Shown one piece after another: positions 37,891-46,509 of a DNA stretch of 64,000 bases. The stretch is from NCBI GenBank assembly GCA_030605795.1, contig JAUWHR010000045.1, positions 3,665 through 67,664 of the forward strand. Reading direction: 5' to 3'. How positions within the stretch are numbered: position 1 is the first letter of the stretch; each line of letters opens with the position of its first letter. Under the pieces are notes generated by a model. The model had not been told where the DNA came from, ran no database searches, and was given only the letters and a program-made list of their open reading frames with translations. Both the position numbers and the translations under genes were made by a program. The stretch comes from Anaerolineae bacterium. Its GTDB lineage: Bacteria > Chloroflexota > Anaerolineae > Anaerolineales > E44-bin32.

Positions 37891-38122
37891 AGGACCTCCT
37901 CTTCTTCTTGTGTATATACAATCTTACCCTTTTTATAGTTCTTGATACAAGATTGGTGCCAAAGCGATAAACTAGGCGTCGGTAATCAGGTGCTTCCAGG
38001 AGCACCAGGTCGGCCCGCTTTCCGGGTTGTAGGCTTCCCACTCGGTCAGCCCGAGTGATAGCCGCGTCCGTGTTGATGCGCTTGTCAGGCGCAGTATGTA
38101 TGCATCCGAGGTTCCTGATCAT
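37868..38122 (-). pseudogene. C-terminal fragment of an imidazolonepropionase-like amidohydrolase
   Basis: ..INTDAAITRADRVGSLQPGKRADLVLLEAPDYRRLVYRFGTNLV matches the HutI-type C-terminus. No catalytic core lies upstream of it. Confidence 0.55.
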
Positions 38123-39356
38123 TCTCTACACTTTCCGCATGGGCTACCGAAAGTGGATCGGTTCTGCGGGTGGCTGAATCGAGGACCCGGAGCAGTTTGG
38201 GAACGAACCGGTAAGGAACGGCGCCGGCCGACGCTTGGTCGACGGTACCGCAGAGTAACAGGTCTAGCTCCGGGCAGTAGAATAACCAGGAACCGGTCGA
38301 GCCGGTGTGACCGATCACCGCCGGCATCGGATGCAGCGGCGTGAACACGCGCGGCAAACGGAAGCGCATCATTCCCAGACCATACTCAATTGGCCAACCG
38401 GGCGAGCGCAGCGCTGCCGGGTCGAGTGCGAAGCCGAAGCGGTTCCAGCGTTGTTGCATCAGGGCGAGCGTCGCCGGTTCGTCGAAGGCCTCACCACGGA
38501 GGAGCGCGCGCAAGAAAGCCAGGCTGTCCTCGGCCGTACTGTAAACGCTCAGGAACGAATGTAGCGCCAGCGGGAGGTTCAGTGGCTGATCGTCAAACCA
38601 GAGCGTCGCCGGCTCGGGCGTGGGTTCGAGCGGCTGGGAATGGCCGAGAAGATAGGTATGTTGCAGATCCAGGGGACGAAACAGCAACTCCTCGAATGCC
38701 TGGTGTAGTGGCTGCGCGGTCACTGCTTCGATGATGGCGGTGAGCAACTGATAGTTGGTGTCAGAATAGCGTGTCTTCTGTCGCTTCGCGTCGACAGGCT
38801 GCGGTGGGAAATGCGGGGTCAGCTCGTCGCGGACGATGCGGACCAGGTCGTCGATGGTCCACGCCATGTCCCCCTCGTAAAACAGCCGCTCCATCAGGCT
38901 CCGACCACCTTTGGGGCGGTCCTCGAAGCAGTCCGCCAGGCCGGAGGTGTGGCCGAGCAGGTGCCGGACCGTGATCATGTCGGTGTAGTCGACTCCATCA
39001 AGGCGGTGTAGCCCGCTGAACAGCGTCTGCGGGAGGTAGTTCGAGATGGGCTCGTCGAGACCGACGTGGCCACGTTCGTGCAGCTTCATCACGATGGACG
39101 CGGTATATAGCTTGTCGATGCTCGCGATGTGAAAGGGAATGTCTGCCCGCATCGGCGTGCCGTCCGGGTTCGCGTCCCCCGCGGCACCGAACCAGCGGAA
39201 GTCCCTGTCATCGCTCTCGACGGCGACGATGGCGTGTTTCACCTGTTTCTTCGACATGAGGTGCCGCAATAGATCTTGCAGGCGCTCGGCGGCACCACCT
39301 GCCCCTGCAGTCGGTCCACCTGCCCGCACCGGCTTCGTCTGATCATCTAAAGGCAT
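38085..39356 (-). CDS. Beta-lactamase-family serine hydrolase (class C / esterase type)
   Basis: SxxK motif in FHIASIDKLYTA, YSDTNY (Y-x-N). 423 aa. GC is markedly higher than the flanks, with many shadow ORFs in the track. Confidence 0.8.
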   Translation of the reverse strand: MPLDDQTKPVRAGGPTAGAGGAAERLQDLLRHLMSKKQVKHAIVAVESDDRDFRWFGAAGDANPDGTPMRADIPFHIASIDKLYTASIVMKLHERGHVGLDEPISNYLPQTLFSGLHRLDGVDYTDMITVRHLLGHTSGLADCFEDRPKGGRSLMERLFYEGDMAWTIDDLVRIVRDELTPHFPPQPVDAKRQKTRYSDTNYQLLTAIIEAVTAQPLHQAFEELLFRPLDLQHTYLLGHSQPLEPTPEPATLWFDDQPLNLPLALHSFLSVYSTAEDSLAFLRALLRGEAFDEPATLALMQQRWNRFGFALDPAALRSPGWPIEYGLGMMRFRLPRVFTPLHPMPAVIGHTGSTGSWLFYCPELDLLLCGTVDQASAGAVPYRFVPKLLRVLDSATRRTDPLSVAHAESVENDQEPRMHTYCA

Positions 39357-39549
39357 CTACACTTCCTCCGGAGAACAGTGTTTTCAATGGTGTCTTCCCT
39401 TCCAAGTGCAACCACACTGGAACTGAACTTGAAGCTGATTGCGCCTAATTATTATTTAATGGCTCATCGTTGTTTTGTATGGGTAGAGTACACAAATGAC
39501 GTTTCGAGTGCAACCAAGGATTGCTTTTCCGCCGTCCGTTGATTTGCTA

Positions 39550-39771
39550 TCATCTTGCGGAGTTCTGTTGGTCTGTGGTCGGGGTTGTAGTCTCGGCCCT
39601 CGTTCCGATTGGGAGGATGTCCTCACCAGTGATCGCCACGGCGCTATATTCGATAAGTTCTAATTTTCCAAGGTCTGGCCCTCGTTGAGGACTACCGGTC
39701 AGGGTCAAGATCTGAGCTGCAGGGTGGATCAGGAGGTCAGCCTTCATGAATCGCTCCCTGATTGAAGACAT
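39550..39771 (-). pseudogene. N-terminal fragment of the same imidazolonepropionase-like amidohydrolase
   Basis: ADLLIHPAAQILTLTGSPQRGPDLGKLELIEYSAVAITGEDILPIG matches the HutI-type N-terminus. The frame ends after ~58 homologous aa. Confidence 0.55.
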
Positions 39772-40087
39772 GCGAGGTTATATTCAGCCTGTACACTCGC
39801 GATAATTACTCTGAGTATGTCGAAATCCCAGCAAAAGTGATGGTTCCATTGGTAAACACCAATTAGCTCCGCTTGCGTGTCGATTTGCGTCTGATCAAAT
39901 TTAACTTTCTTTATGGGGTGGTATTAAACTTTTACATAAAACAGTCGGTGAAAGGACCAATTTGGCTAGCAATCGAAAATGAGGTATTATTCAGGTATAT
40001 GAAATAGTATTCAAATACATGAAAAATTTAATAAACCTTTCACCATTCTCCGGCGCTTCATGCAACGATGACGATCGCTCATAAGGT

Positions 40088-40867
40088 ATGTGTTTGATGA
40101 CCAAATTGGTGAAATCATCGGCGCGCACACTGGATATTCTTGAGCTTATCGCTGCTCATCCAGGCGAACTAGCGCTTTCAGAAATAGCTAAAAAATTAAT
40201 GATCCCTATAAGTAGTATGCACGGGCTCGTCCTCACACTCAAGACTCGAGGATACTTAGTTCGCGATCCCGCATCTCTCTGCTATCGAATGGGTCCAAAG
40301 TTTGCTCAATTAGCTGTAGTTCATGGCACCTTGGTTGAATTAATTGCTCATGTTGCGCCTGTTATGGATCGGATAGGGACTGCTTGTAAAGAAGCGGTCA
40401 CTATGTCCGTTCTTCAAGGAGACAAGATCGTTTTTATCAGCAATCGACCGGCCACCTCCATTGTGCAGGCAGTAAATGCTATAGGCACTAGTCTTCCCGC
40501 CCATGCGACTGGGTCGGGGAAGATTATGCTCGCCTATCTAACCGATGAGGAATTCGAACGCACCTACCCCAATAACAAGCTACCTCGGTTAATGGCCAGT
40601 ACTATCAGCACGAAAGTTGAACTAAAGCAGGCTGTCCTCGAAGCGAGACGGAGGGGCTACGCCTACGATGATGAGGAATCAGAGAGAGGTGTTTGGGCGG
40701 TTGCTGGCTGTATCAGAAACTCCGTTGGCAGACCTATGGCTGCCCTATCCGTCGTTGTGCCGGTCATTCGTGTCCAGGCGAATGATATTCCGTATTGGAC
40801 AAGCCTCGTCGTCGAAGGTGCGGCAGAGATAAGCTCCAAACTCGGTTTTGTATCTAGCACAGAGTGA
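40088..40867 (+). CDS. IclR-family transcriptional regulator
   Basis: N-terminal wHTH (SSARTLDILELIA......LSEIAKKL.IP.SS.HGL..TL...GYL). C-terminal IclR effector domain pattern (..G...A..L...). Confidence 0.85.
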   Translation: MCLMTKLVKSSARTLDILELIAAHPGELALSEIAKKLMIPISSMHGLVLTLKTRGYLVRDPASLCYRMGPKFAQLAVVHGTLVELIAHVAPVMDRIGTACKEAVTMSVLQGDKIVFISNRPATSIVQAVNAIGTSLPAHATGSGKIMLAYLTDEEFERTYPNNKLPRLMASTISTKVELKQAVLEARRRGYAYDDEESERGVWAVAGCIRNSVGRPMAALSVVVPVIRVQANDIPYWTSLVVEGAAEISSKLGFVSSTE

Positions 40868-40931
40868 GGAAAAGGTCTACCCCTTCTTCCCTGACCAGTT
40901 TAATGGGGGTAGGCATTAAGGACGATAAGCT

Positions 40932-41624
40932 ATGAGACATTGGAACAGGATTGGGTTGCTGGTGCCATCCAGCGATACTGTCATGGAGCCGGACTTATGG
41001 CGGCGGCTTCCTCCCCAGGCCTCTATCCATGTAGCCAGGATGTACCTAGAAGACACAACCGTGGCTGGGGAAGAGAAGATGCTGCTTGAGGAACTGGCGC
41101 CGGCAGCGCGTAGGCTGGCTTCCATCAATCCTGAGTTGATCATCTTTGGTTGCACCTCAGCTGCAGCTTTACACGGTATGGATGGTGATGCAGCCATAGC
41201 AAATCGTGTGCAGGAAATTACTGGATGCGACGCAATTACATTGACCCAGGCTTCGATAAGTGAAATCAAGAAGCTTCAGGTAAAGCGATTGTTCCTTTTC
41301 ACACCCTATGTTGCTGAACTAACCGAGCGACTGGCAAATACTTTTAGAGAAGCCGGGTTGCCCGTGATTGGATCGGAAGGCCTGGGTCTGGATAACGATC
41401 TCGCTATTGCGGCCGTATCTCCTGAAGAAATCCGGGATTATGTGGCTGCTGCAGTAAAACGCTGCCACCTACATCCTGATGCCGTGTTTGTTTCTTGTAC
41501 GACTTTCCGCGCCTTTGATGCGGTGGAGGCAATTGAAAGGGAGCTCGGCATCCCGGTGGTGACCAGCAATCAGGCTGCGTTTGAATTTCTTCTTCACCAT
41601 CTTAGTCTTGAAAAGCACGAATGA
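40932..41624 (+). CDS. Asp/Glu/hydantoin racemase-superfamily protein (maleate isomerase / arylmalonate decarboxylase-like)
   Basis: RIGLLVPSSDTVMEPD, ..IIFGCTSAA and ..VFVSCT: two Cys-containing motifs typical of the family. Confidence 0.7.
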   Translation: MRHWNRIGLLVPSSDTVMEPDLWRRLPPQASIHVARMYLEDTTVAGEEKMLLEELAPAARRLASINPELIIFGCTSAAALHGMDGDAAIANRVQEITGCDAITLTQASISEIKKLQVKRLFLFTPYVAELTERLANTFREAGLPVIGSEGLGLDNDLAIAAVSPEEIRDYVAAAVKRCHLHPDAVFVSCTTFRAFDAVEAIERELGIPVVTSNQAAFEFLLHHLSLEKHE

Positions 41625-41665
41625 AGCAGTCGCAGGAACATGGCTGCCTGTAAAGGGACCTGGAA

Positions 41666-42841
41666 ATGGCGAACACGAAGAGGTATGTGCTTGATGAAAA
41701 AGGGTTGTTGGATTCAGTGCGGGAGGAATCGGTCGTCAAACTTTTACAGAAGGTCATCCGAATAGAGAGTACCAATCCGCCTGGAAACGAGCTGGACCTG
41801 GCCAAGATGCTGGCGGATTACTTTACAAGAGCGGGGCTTGGACCCGAATTGTTGGAGTATGAGGTGAAGCGAGCCAATTTGATCACCCGCATACCTGGGA
41901 CAGGAGAGCGACCGGGCTTGATCTTTAGTGCTCATATGGACACCGTACCAGCCGGAGAAGTGCCATGGATGTTTCCGCCCTTCTCAGCAACCCTACATGA
42001 GGGAAGGATCTACGGTCGAGGAGCGGCTGACATGAAAGGCGGCTTAGCGGCCATGACGGAGGCAATGGTAATCCTGGCCCGAAAAGGTTTCTCGCCAAAG
42101 GGAGATCTTATTGCAGCCTTCACCTATGATGAAACACATGGACTTCAAGGGGCAAAGCGGTTGGTGGAGGAAGGGCACCTGGAGGGCGCCGGGGCGGTGT
42201 TGATAAGCGAACCCAGCACCTTGGAGGTGTTTGTTGCGGAGAAGGGGGCTCTATGGCTCAGGTGTCGGGCGGAGGGAAGGACGGGTCATACATCCATGCC
42301 ACACCTGGGTCAGAATGCCATCTTTGAGATGACCCGCTTTTTATGTCGACTCGAAGCGGAATTGGACATCAGCACCCATGAGCATTCTCTGCTTGGGACC
42401 GCTACCTTCACAGTGGGCACAATCCAGGGAGGGGTGACCATCAATGTTATCCCCGACGCTTGTGAAGCAGAAATAGATATTCGCCTTGTTCCTGGGCAGG
42501 ATTATCAGGATGTCATCCTGAAAGTGCGGGATTTAGCTGGGGAAGGTGTATCGGTTGAGTTGATTGATTGGAAGGAGCCGGTGGAGAGCGACTCTGAGAC
42601 GGACATCGTTAAACTCGCACTGGCGGTTGTCCAGGAAATCACTGGCCAACCGCGCTCCCCCAAGGGGGTGGCTTACTACACCGACGGCGCGATTTTAGCG
42701 AATCGTCTCCAAATCCCTATGGTCAACATCGGCCCTGCCGACACTGGCATGACGCACCAACCAAACGAAAATGTCGAGGTTGAACGTCTGGTGCAAGCGG
42801 TCAAGATTTTCTTGCTGATCGCTAACCGGTACCTTACCTAA
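41666..42841 (+). CDS. M20-family metallopeptidase/deacylase (ArgE/DapE/YgeY-like)
   Basis: SAHMDTVP, GRGAADMKGG and ..DEE/DET.. metal-ligand motifs. 391 aa. Confidence 0.8.
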   Translation: MANTKRYVLDEKGLLDSVREESVVKLLQKVIRIESTNPPGNELDLAKMLADYFTRAGLGPELLEYEVKRANLITRIPGTGERPGLIFSAHMDTVPAGEVPWMFPPFSATLHEGRIYGRGAADMKGGLAAMTEAMVILARKGFSPKGDLIAAFTYDETHGLQGAKRLVEEGHLEGAGAVLISEPSTLEVFVAEKGALWLRCRAEGRTGHTSMPHLGQNAIFEMTRFLCRLEAELDISTHEHSLLGTATFTVGTIQGGVTINVIPDACEAEIDIRLVPGQDYQDVILKVRDLAGEGVSVELIDWKEPVESDSETDIVKLALAVVQEITGQPRSPKGVAYYTDGAILANRLQIPMVNIGPADTGMTHQPNENVEVERLVQAVKIFLLIANRYLT

Positions 42842-42865
42842 TTGCAGGTGGGTAATGATGACTGA

Positions 42866-42973
42866 ACTGAAGAAAGCCAACGTGCTAGCAAGGGAACAGT
42901 ATATATGGGGTTTGGGCTTTGCCCACACCCCACATATACTCCCTTTTTCCCACTGGCAATTGCTTTTTTCGGT
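42866..42973 (+). repeat. Long-hairpin intergenic repeat, copy 4
   Basis: ..CTGAAGAAAGCCAAC..AGCAAGGGAACAGTATATATGGGGTTTGGGCTTTGCCCACACCCCACATATACTCCCTTTTTCCCACTGGCAATTGCTTTTTTCGG. It overlaps the spurious N-terminal extension of the tracked ORF 42905. Confidence 0.85.
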
Positions 42974-43009
42974 AGACCCTCTGATAGAAAGGGATTCAAA
43001 AGACAAATC

Positions 43010-44782
43010 ATGAATTTGCATATCGAAGAAGAGCTTTGCTGTGATGTGCTGGTCATTGGGACGGAGGGAACTGGTGCCAGGGCAGCCCTCGAAGCAGCTG
43101 AACATGGTGCTGACGTTCTTGCGGTTACCAAGGGGTTCATGGCCCGAAGCGGCGCTACGCTGACGGCTGATGGCGAGATCGATGTTGATAGCCGCAGCGC
43201 GCGCAATCTATTTGGGGTTGATGGATCTCCGGATGACAGCCCAGAACAGTTCGCCAGGGACATGATATTAGAGGGGGATTATCTAGGGGACCAGCGGTTG
43301 GTGGCCATTCATACCGAAGAAGCTCCCGCGCGGGTGAAGGAACTCGTGGATTGGGGAGCTCAGTTGGAAGGTTTCATCCAGGCTCCAGGCCATACCTATC
43401 CCCGAGGTTTGTGGATCCCTGGCTTGAAGTTGGCTAGATTGTTAGCCAGGCGGATGGTAAAAAGAGGCATCTCGATCCTGGAAAATACAATGGTGCTGGA
43501 ATTGTTGCATGACGATGACGGCGTATTGGGTGCTGTTGCCCTGCACCTCCCCACGGGCAGGCTGTTACTCTTGAGAAGCCGGGCTATTGTGATGGCCACC
43601 GGAGGAGCGATGCGAGTTTTTCCATTAACCACCGCTCCTGAGGAATTGACCGGGGATGGCATGGCGATGGCTCTTCGGTGTGGGGCTGCCTTACAGGATA
43701 TGGAATTTCCCATGTTCTTGCCATATTGTTTCCTGACCCCTCCATCCCTCAGAGGGGTAATTTTCCCCTATGATGTAAGCACATTAATGGAGGTGCATGC
43801 TCTCAATCGGAATGGGGAACGTTATATGGCGCGGTGGGATCCCGAGCGTATGGAGAGGACAACTCGGGATATTAACTCAGTAGCCGCGGCGATGGAAATT
43901 CGAGCGGGGAGGTGTTCTAAGGCTGGAGGGACATACTTGTCCTTCAAACACCTACCGCGCAACCTGGTGGACTTCTCAGCAGAATGGTTCCCGGGGAATC
44001 TCCGTAACTGGCGCGCTTCGGGTTTCAACCTGCGCAACTTTTTCCTCTACATAGGAGAAGAGGCATGGGAGGTTGCGCCGGCCAGCCATTTTTGGAACGG
44101 CGGCATAAGGATCGATGAGCACTGCGCGACAGGTGTACCGGGTCTTTTTGCCGCCGGTGAAGGGACGGCCGGCATCCACGGGGCCAATCGTCTGGCAGGA
44201 AATGCCCTGACGATGACTCAGGTGTGGGGAAAACGGGCGGGCTTATTCGCCTCCCGTTTTGCTAAAAATAAGAAGCTTCGCAAACCACCCAACGTAGAAG
44301 TAGAGCATGTAGTTCAAACAATTGCTCGCCTCAAGACCGAATCCTCGGGCCCTACAGTCATAGAGGTGCGTCGAGAGATCAGGCGCATCGCTGGTGACCT
44401 GGTGGGGATCATCCGAGAAGAAAAAAAATTACAGCAGGCACTTAAAGCCATCGCTGACCTTCGTCGTGATCTGGCGCGCCAACATGTAGTCAATCAAGAT
44501 CCTCGCTTCAATCGGGAATGGGTGGAAGGTTTGCAGAATGAGAACTCGCTGGACGTGCTGGAAGCGATCGTGCGCCCAAGCATTGCACGGCAGGAAAGCC
44601 GCGGCGCGATGTATCGGGTAGATTATCCTGCCACTGACGACGATCGCTGGTTATGTAATTTAATCCTTAGGCGTAAAGATGATCAATGGGAGATGCAAGA
44701 GGCGCCTGTGAATTCTATTTATCTTTCTCTCCCTACAGGCACGCGCAGATACGGCAGGAAGGGGGAAAGTAATCGTGGATAA
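43010..44782 (+). CDS. FAD-dependent oxidoreductase, succinate dehydrogenase/fumarate reductase flavoprotein-like
   Basis: CDVLVIGTEGTGARAALEA (dinucleotide fold), GLFAAGEGTAGIHGANRLAGNAL, ESRGAMYRVDYP. ATG 43010 is preferred over the tracked 42905. Confidence 0.8.
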   Translation: MNLHIEEELCCDVLVIGTEGTGARAALEAAEHGADVLAVTKGFMARSGATLTADGEIDVDSRSARNLFGVDGSPDDSPEQFARDMILEGDYLGDQRLVAIHTEEAPARVKELVDWGAQLEGFIQAPGHTYPRGLWIPGLKLARLLARRMVKRGISILENTMVLELLHDDDGVLGAVALHLPTGRLLLLRSRAIVMATGGAMRVFPLTTAPEELTGDGMAMALRCGAALQDMEFPMFLPYCFLTPPSLRGVIFPYDVSTLMEVHALNRNGERYMARWDPERMERTTRDINSVAAAMEIRAGRCSKAGGTYLSFKHLPRNLVDFSAEWFPGNLRNWRASGFNLRNFFLYIGEEAWEVAPASHFWNGGIRIDEHCATGVPGLFAAGEGTAGIHGANRLAGNALTMTQVWGKRAGLFASRFAKNKKLRKPPNVEVEHVVQTIARLKTESSGPTVIEVRREIRRIAGDLVGIIREEKKLQQALKAIADLRRDLARQHVVNQDPRFNREWVEGLQNENSLDVLEAIVRPSIARQESRGAMYRVDYPATDDDRWLCNLILRRKDDQWEMQEAPVNSIYLSLPTGTRRYGRKGESNRG

Positions 44783-45119
44783 TCCGAAGTTAATTTCTGT
44801 TCAAGTGCGGCGCGGTGACAAGAATGAAAGCGAGCTGGTAGCTTATGAGGTGCCTTTAGAAGATGGTCAAAGCGTACTTGGAGTTCTTCAGTACATTTAT
44901 GACCATCTTGATCCCAGTATTGGATTTACCTGCTCCTGTCGGATTGGTTTATGTTCATCATGTCTTATGCGCGTGAATGGGAAGGTGGTGCAGTCCTGTA
45001 CTACCTTAGCTGATGGCGACATGGTTATTGAGCCTTATAAAGAAGATACTCTGGTGAGAGATTTGGTGACGGAACTCCCGCTAATTAGTCGGGCAAGTCT
45101 CAGCAAACCCAATATTTAA
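44775..45119 (+). CDS. Small 2Fe-2S ferredoxin-like subunit (SdhB N-terminal-domain-like only)
   Basis: CSCRIGLCSSCLMRVNGK..QSC cluster motif. 114 aa. The GTG start overlaps the flavoprotein gene by 8 nt. Confidence 0.7.
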   Translation: MDNPKLISVQVRRGDKNESELVAYEVPLEDGQSVLGVLQYIYDHLDPSIGFTCSCRIGLCSSCLMRVNGKVVQSCTTLADGDMVIEPYKEDTLVRDLVTELPLISRASLSKPNI

Positions 45120-45261
45120 AATCATTGCCGGGATGAAGAAGTATGATTTGAGTCCTTTTCAGGACTCGCTTAGTTGCCTTCAAGTCAATCATCTGACGGA
45201 ATTCGTAATTTCTTCTAGTGGTTTTAAGAAAATTCTGCCCTTTTTGCAGGAGGATGAGAGG

Positions 45262-46320
45262 ATGAGAACCAAGAGTTTGAAAGGCCGCGACTTCCTGGCT
45301 GTTACTGATTTCACTCGGGAGGAGATAGAGATCATCCTTGATGTGGCAGAGGATCTCAAGCGCGAACGAGCGAAGGGGATATATCACGATGATCTACTCC
45401 GTAGCAAGACGCTCTTCATGATATTTTACAATCAATCTCTGCGCACACGGAATTCCTTTGAGGCTGGAATGACGCAGCTTGGTGGCCATGCACACTATCT
45501 CGATCCATCGAAGATTTACACACCAGTTATGGAAGGCCGGGAGGTGGCCTATAGCACAGAGCGTGTTTCTGATGTCGCACGTGTTCTCGATCGGATGGGA
45601 GATGCCATTGCCATCCGATGCTATGGCGACCCGGTCGATTGGGAATACGGTGCGGCGCATGCCATGCTGAGAGAGTTCGCCCGATGGACTGACATCCCGG
45701 TGATCAATATGGAAGATGACATATATCACCCTTGCCAGGGTTTGGCGGATATACTTACCGTGAAAGAAAAGTTTGGGGGTTTCTCCGGTATCAAGTTCGT
45801 CATTTCCTGGGCTTACTCGCCCAGTGTGCATAAGCCGAGAGCCGTACCTCAATCAGCCATTCTCTACGCCACGATGATGGGTATGGACGTGACGCTTACC
45901 CATCCGAAAGGGATGGATCTCGCACCTGATATCCTATCTCAATGTAAAGAATACTCTAAGGCGACCAATGGCTCGTTTGAGATCGTTCACGATTTTGAAA
46001 GCGCATTTGAAGGCGCTCATGTTGTATATCCCAAAGCCTGGTGCGCCACGCCCCTCTTCCAACCCCCGATCGGAGAAGCCAGCGAAGAGAAGACACAGGA
46101 AATCTTTGAGAAGCATAAAGATTGGATCTGCACTAAGAAGATCATGGACCTGGCTGACAAGCATGCCATCTATATGCACTGCCTTCCAGCAGATAGGGGA
46201 TATGAAGTTGCCAACGATGTAATGGATAAGACTGAAGGTTCTGGTTGGACTTCGGTAATCTTCGATCAAGCTGAGAACAGGCTCCATGGGCAGAATGCTG
46301 TTATGACATTGGTTATGTGA
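45262..46320 (+). CDS. YgeW-like (knotted) carbamoyltransferase
   Basis: SLRTRNSFE (S-x-R-T-R), HPCQGLAD, WAYSPS..KP..VPQS, HCLPADRG. The arrangement recalls E. coli YgeW. ATG 45262 has an SD GGAGGA. Confidence 0.7.
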   Translation: MRTKSLKGRDFLAVTDFTREEIEIILDVAEDLKRERAKGIYHDDLLRSKTLFMIFYNQSLRTRNSFEAGMTQLGGHAHYLDPSKIYTPVMEGREVAYSTERVSDVARVLDRMGDAIAIRCYGDPVDWEYGAAHAMLREFARWTDIPVINMEDDIYHPCQGLADILTVKEKFGGFSGIKFVISWAYSPSVHKPRAVPQSAILYATMMGMDVTLTHPKGMDLAPDILSQCKEYSKATNGSFEIVHDFESAFEGAHVVYPKAWCATPLFQPPIGEASEEKTQEIFEKHKDWICTKKIMDLADKHAIYMHCLPADRGYEVANDVMDKTEGSGWTSVIFDQAENRLHGQNAVMTLVM

Positions 46321-46509
46321 ATAACGCGGCACGACGAGTTAGTGAGGTCTGAAGAATTTCTGATTTAAGAAAGGGAATATAAGCAATGACTACTCAGGCC
46401 AGACCCTAGTGTAGGTGCTCGAAGTTGGAGAAGTTCTCTCACTTCGCTCGGATAGATGATTTCCGTTAAAAATTTTGGAATGGTCGTTGAACAAAAGAGG
46501 AGATTAAAT

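Noticed and set aside
38085-39356. The many overlapping tracked ORFs on the plus strand inside the beta-lactamase-family gene. Similar antisense ORFs lie inside glyQS, groEL, rpoD and other genes.
   Set aside because: These are shadow ORFs typical of high-GC coding DNA. They have low-complexity Arg/Ala/Pro-rich translations and no motifs.
42905-43009. N-terminal 35 codons of the tracked ORF 42905-44782 (MGFGLCPHPTYTPFFPLAIAFF...)
   Set aside because: This stretch is simply the translation of hairpin-repeat copy 4. The flavoprotein dinucleotide-binding motif starts right after Met at 43010, so the extension is spurious.
46321-46509. A Moco/Wco riboswitch upstream of the AOR gene
   Set aside because: I could not find the conserved Moco-motif elements. 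The region contains only a generic small hairpin.
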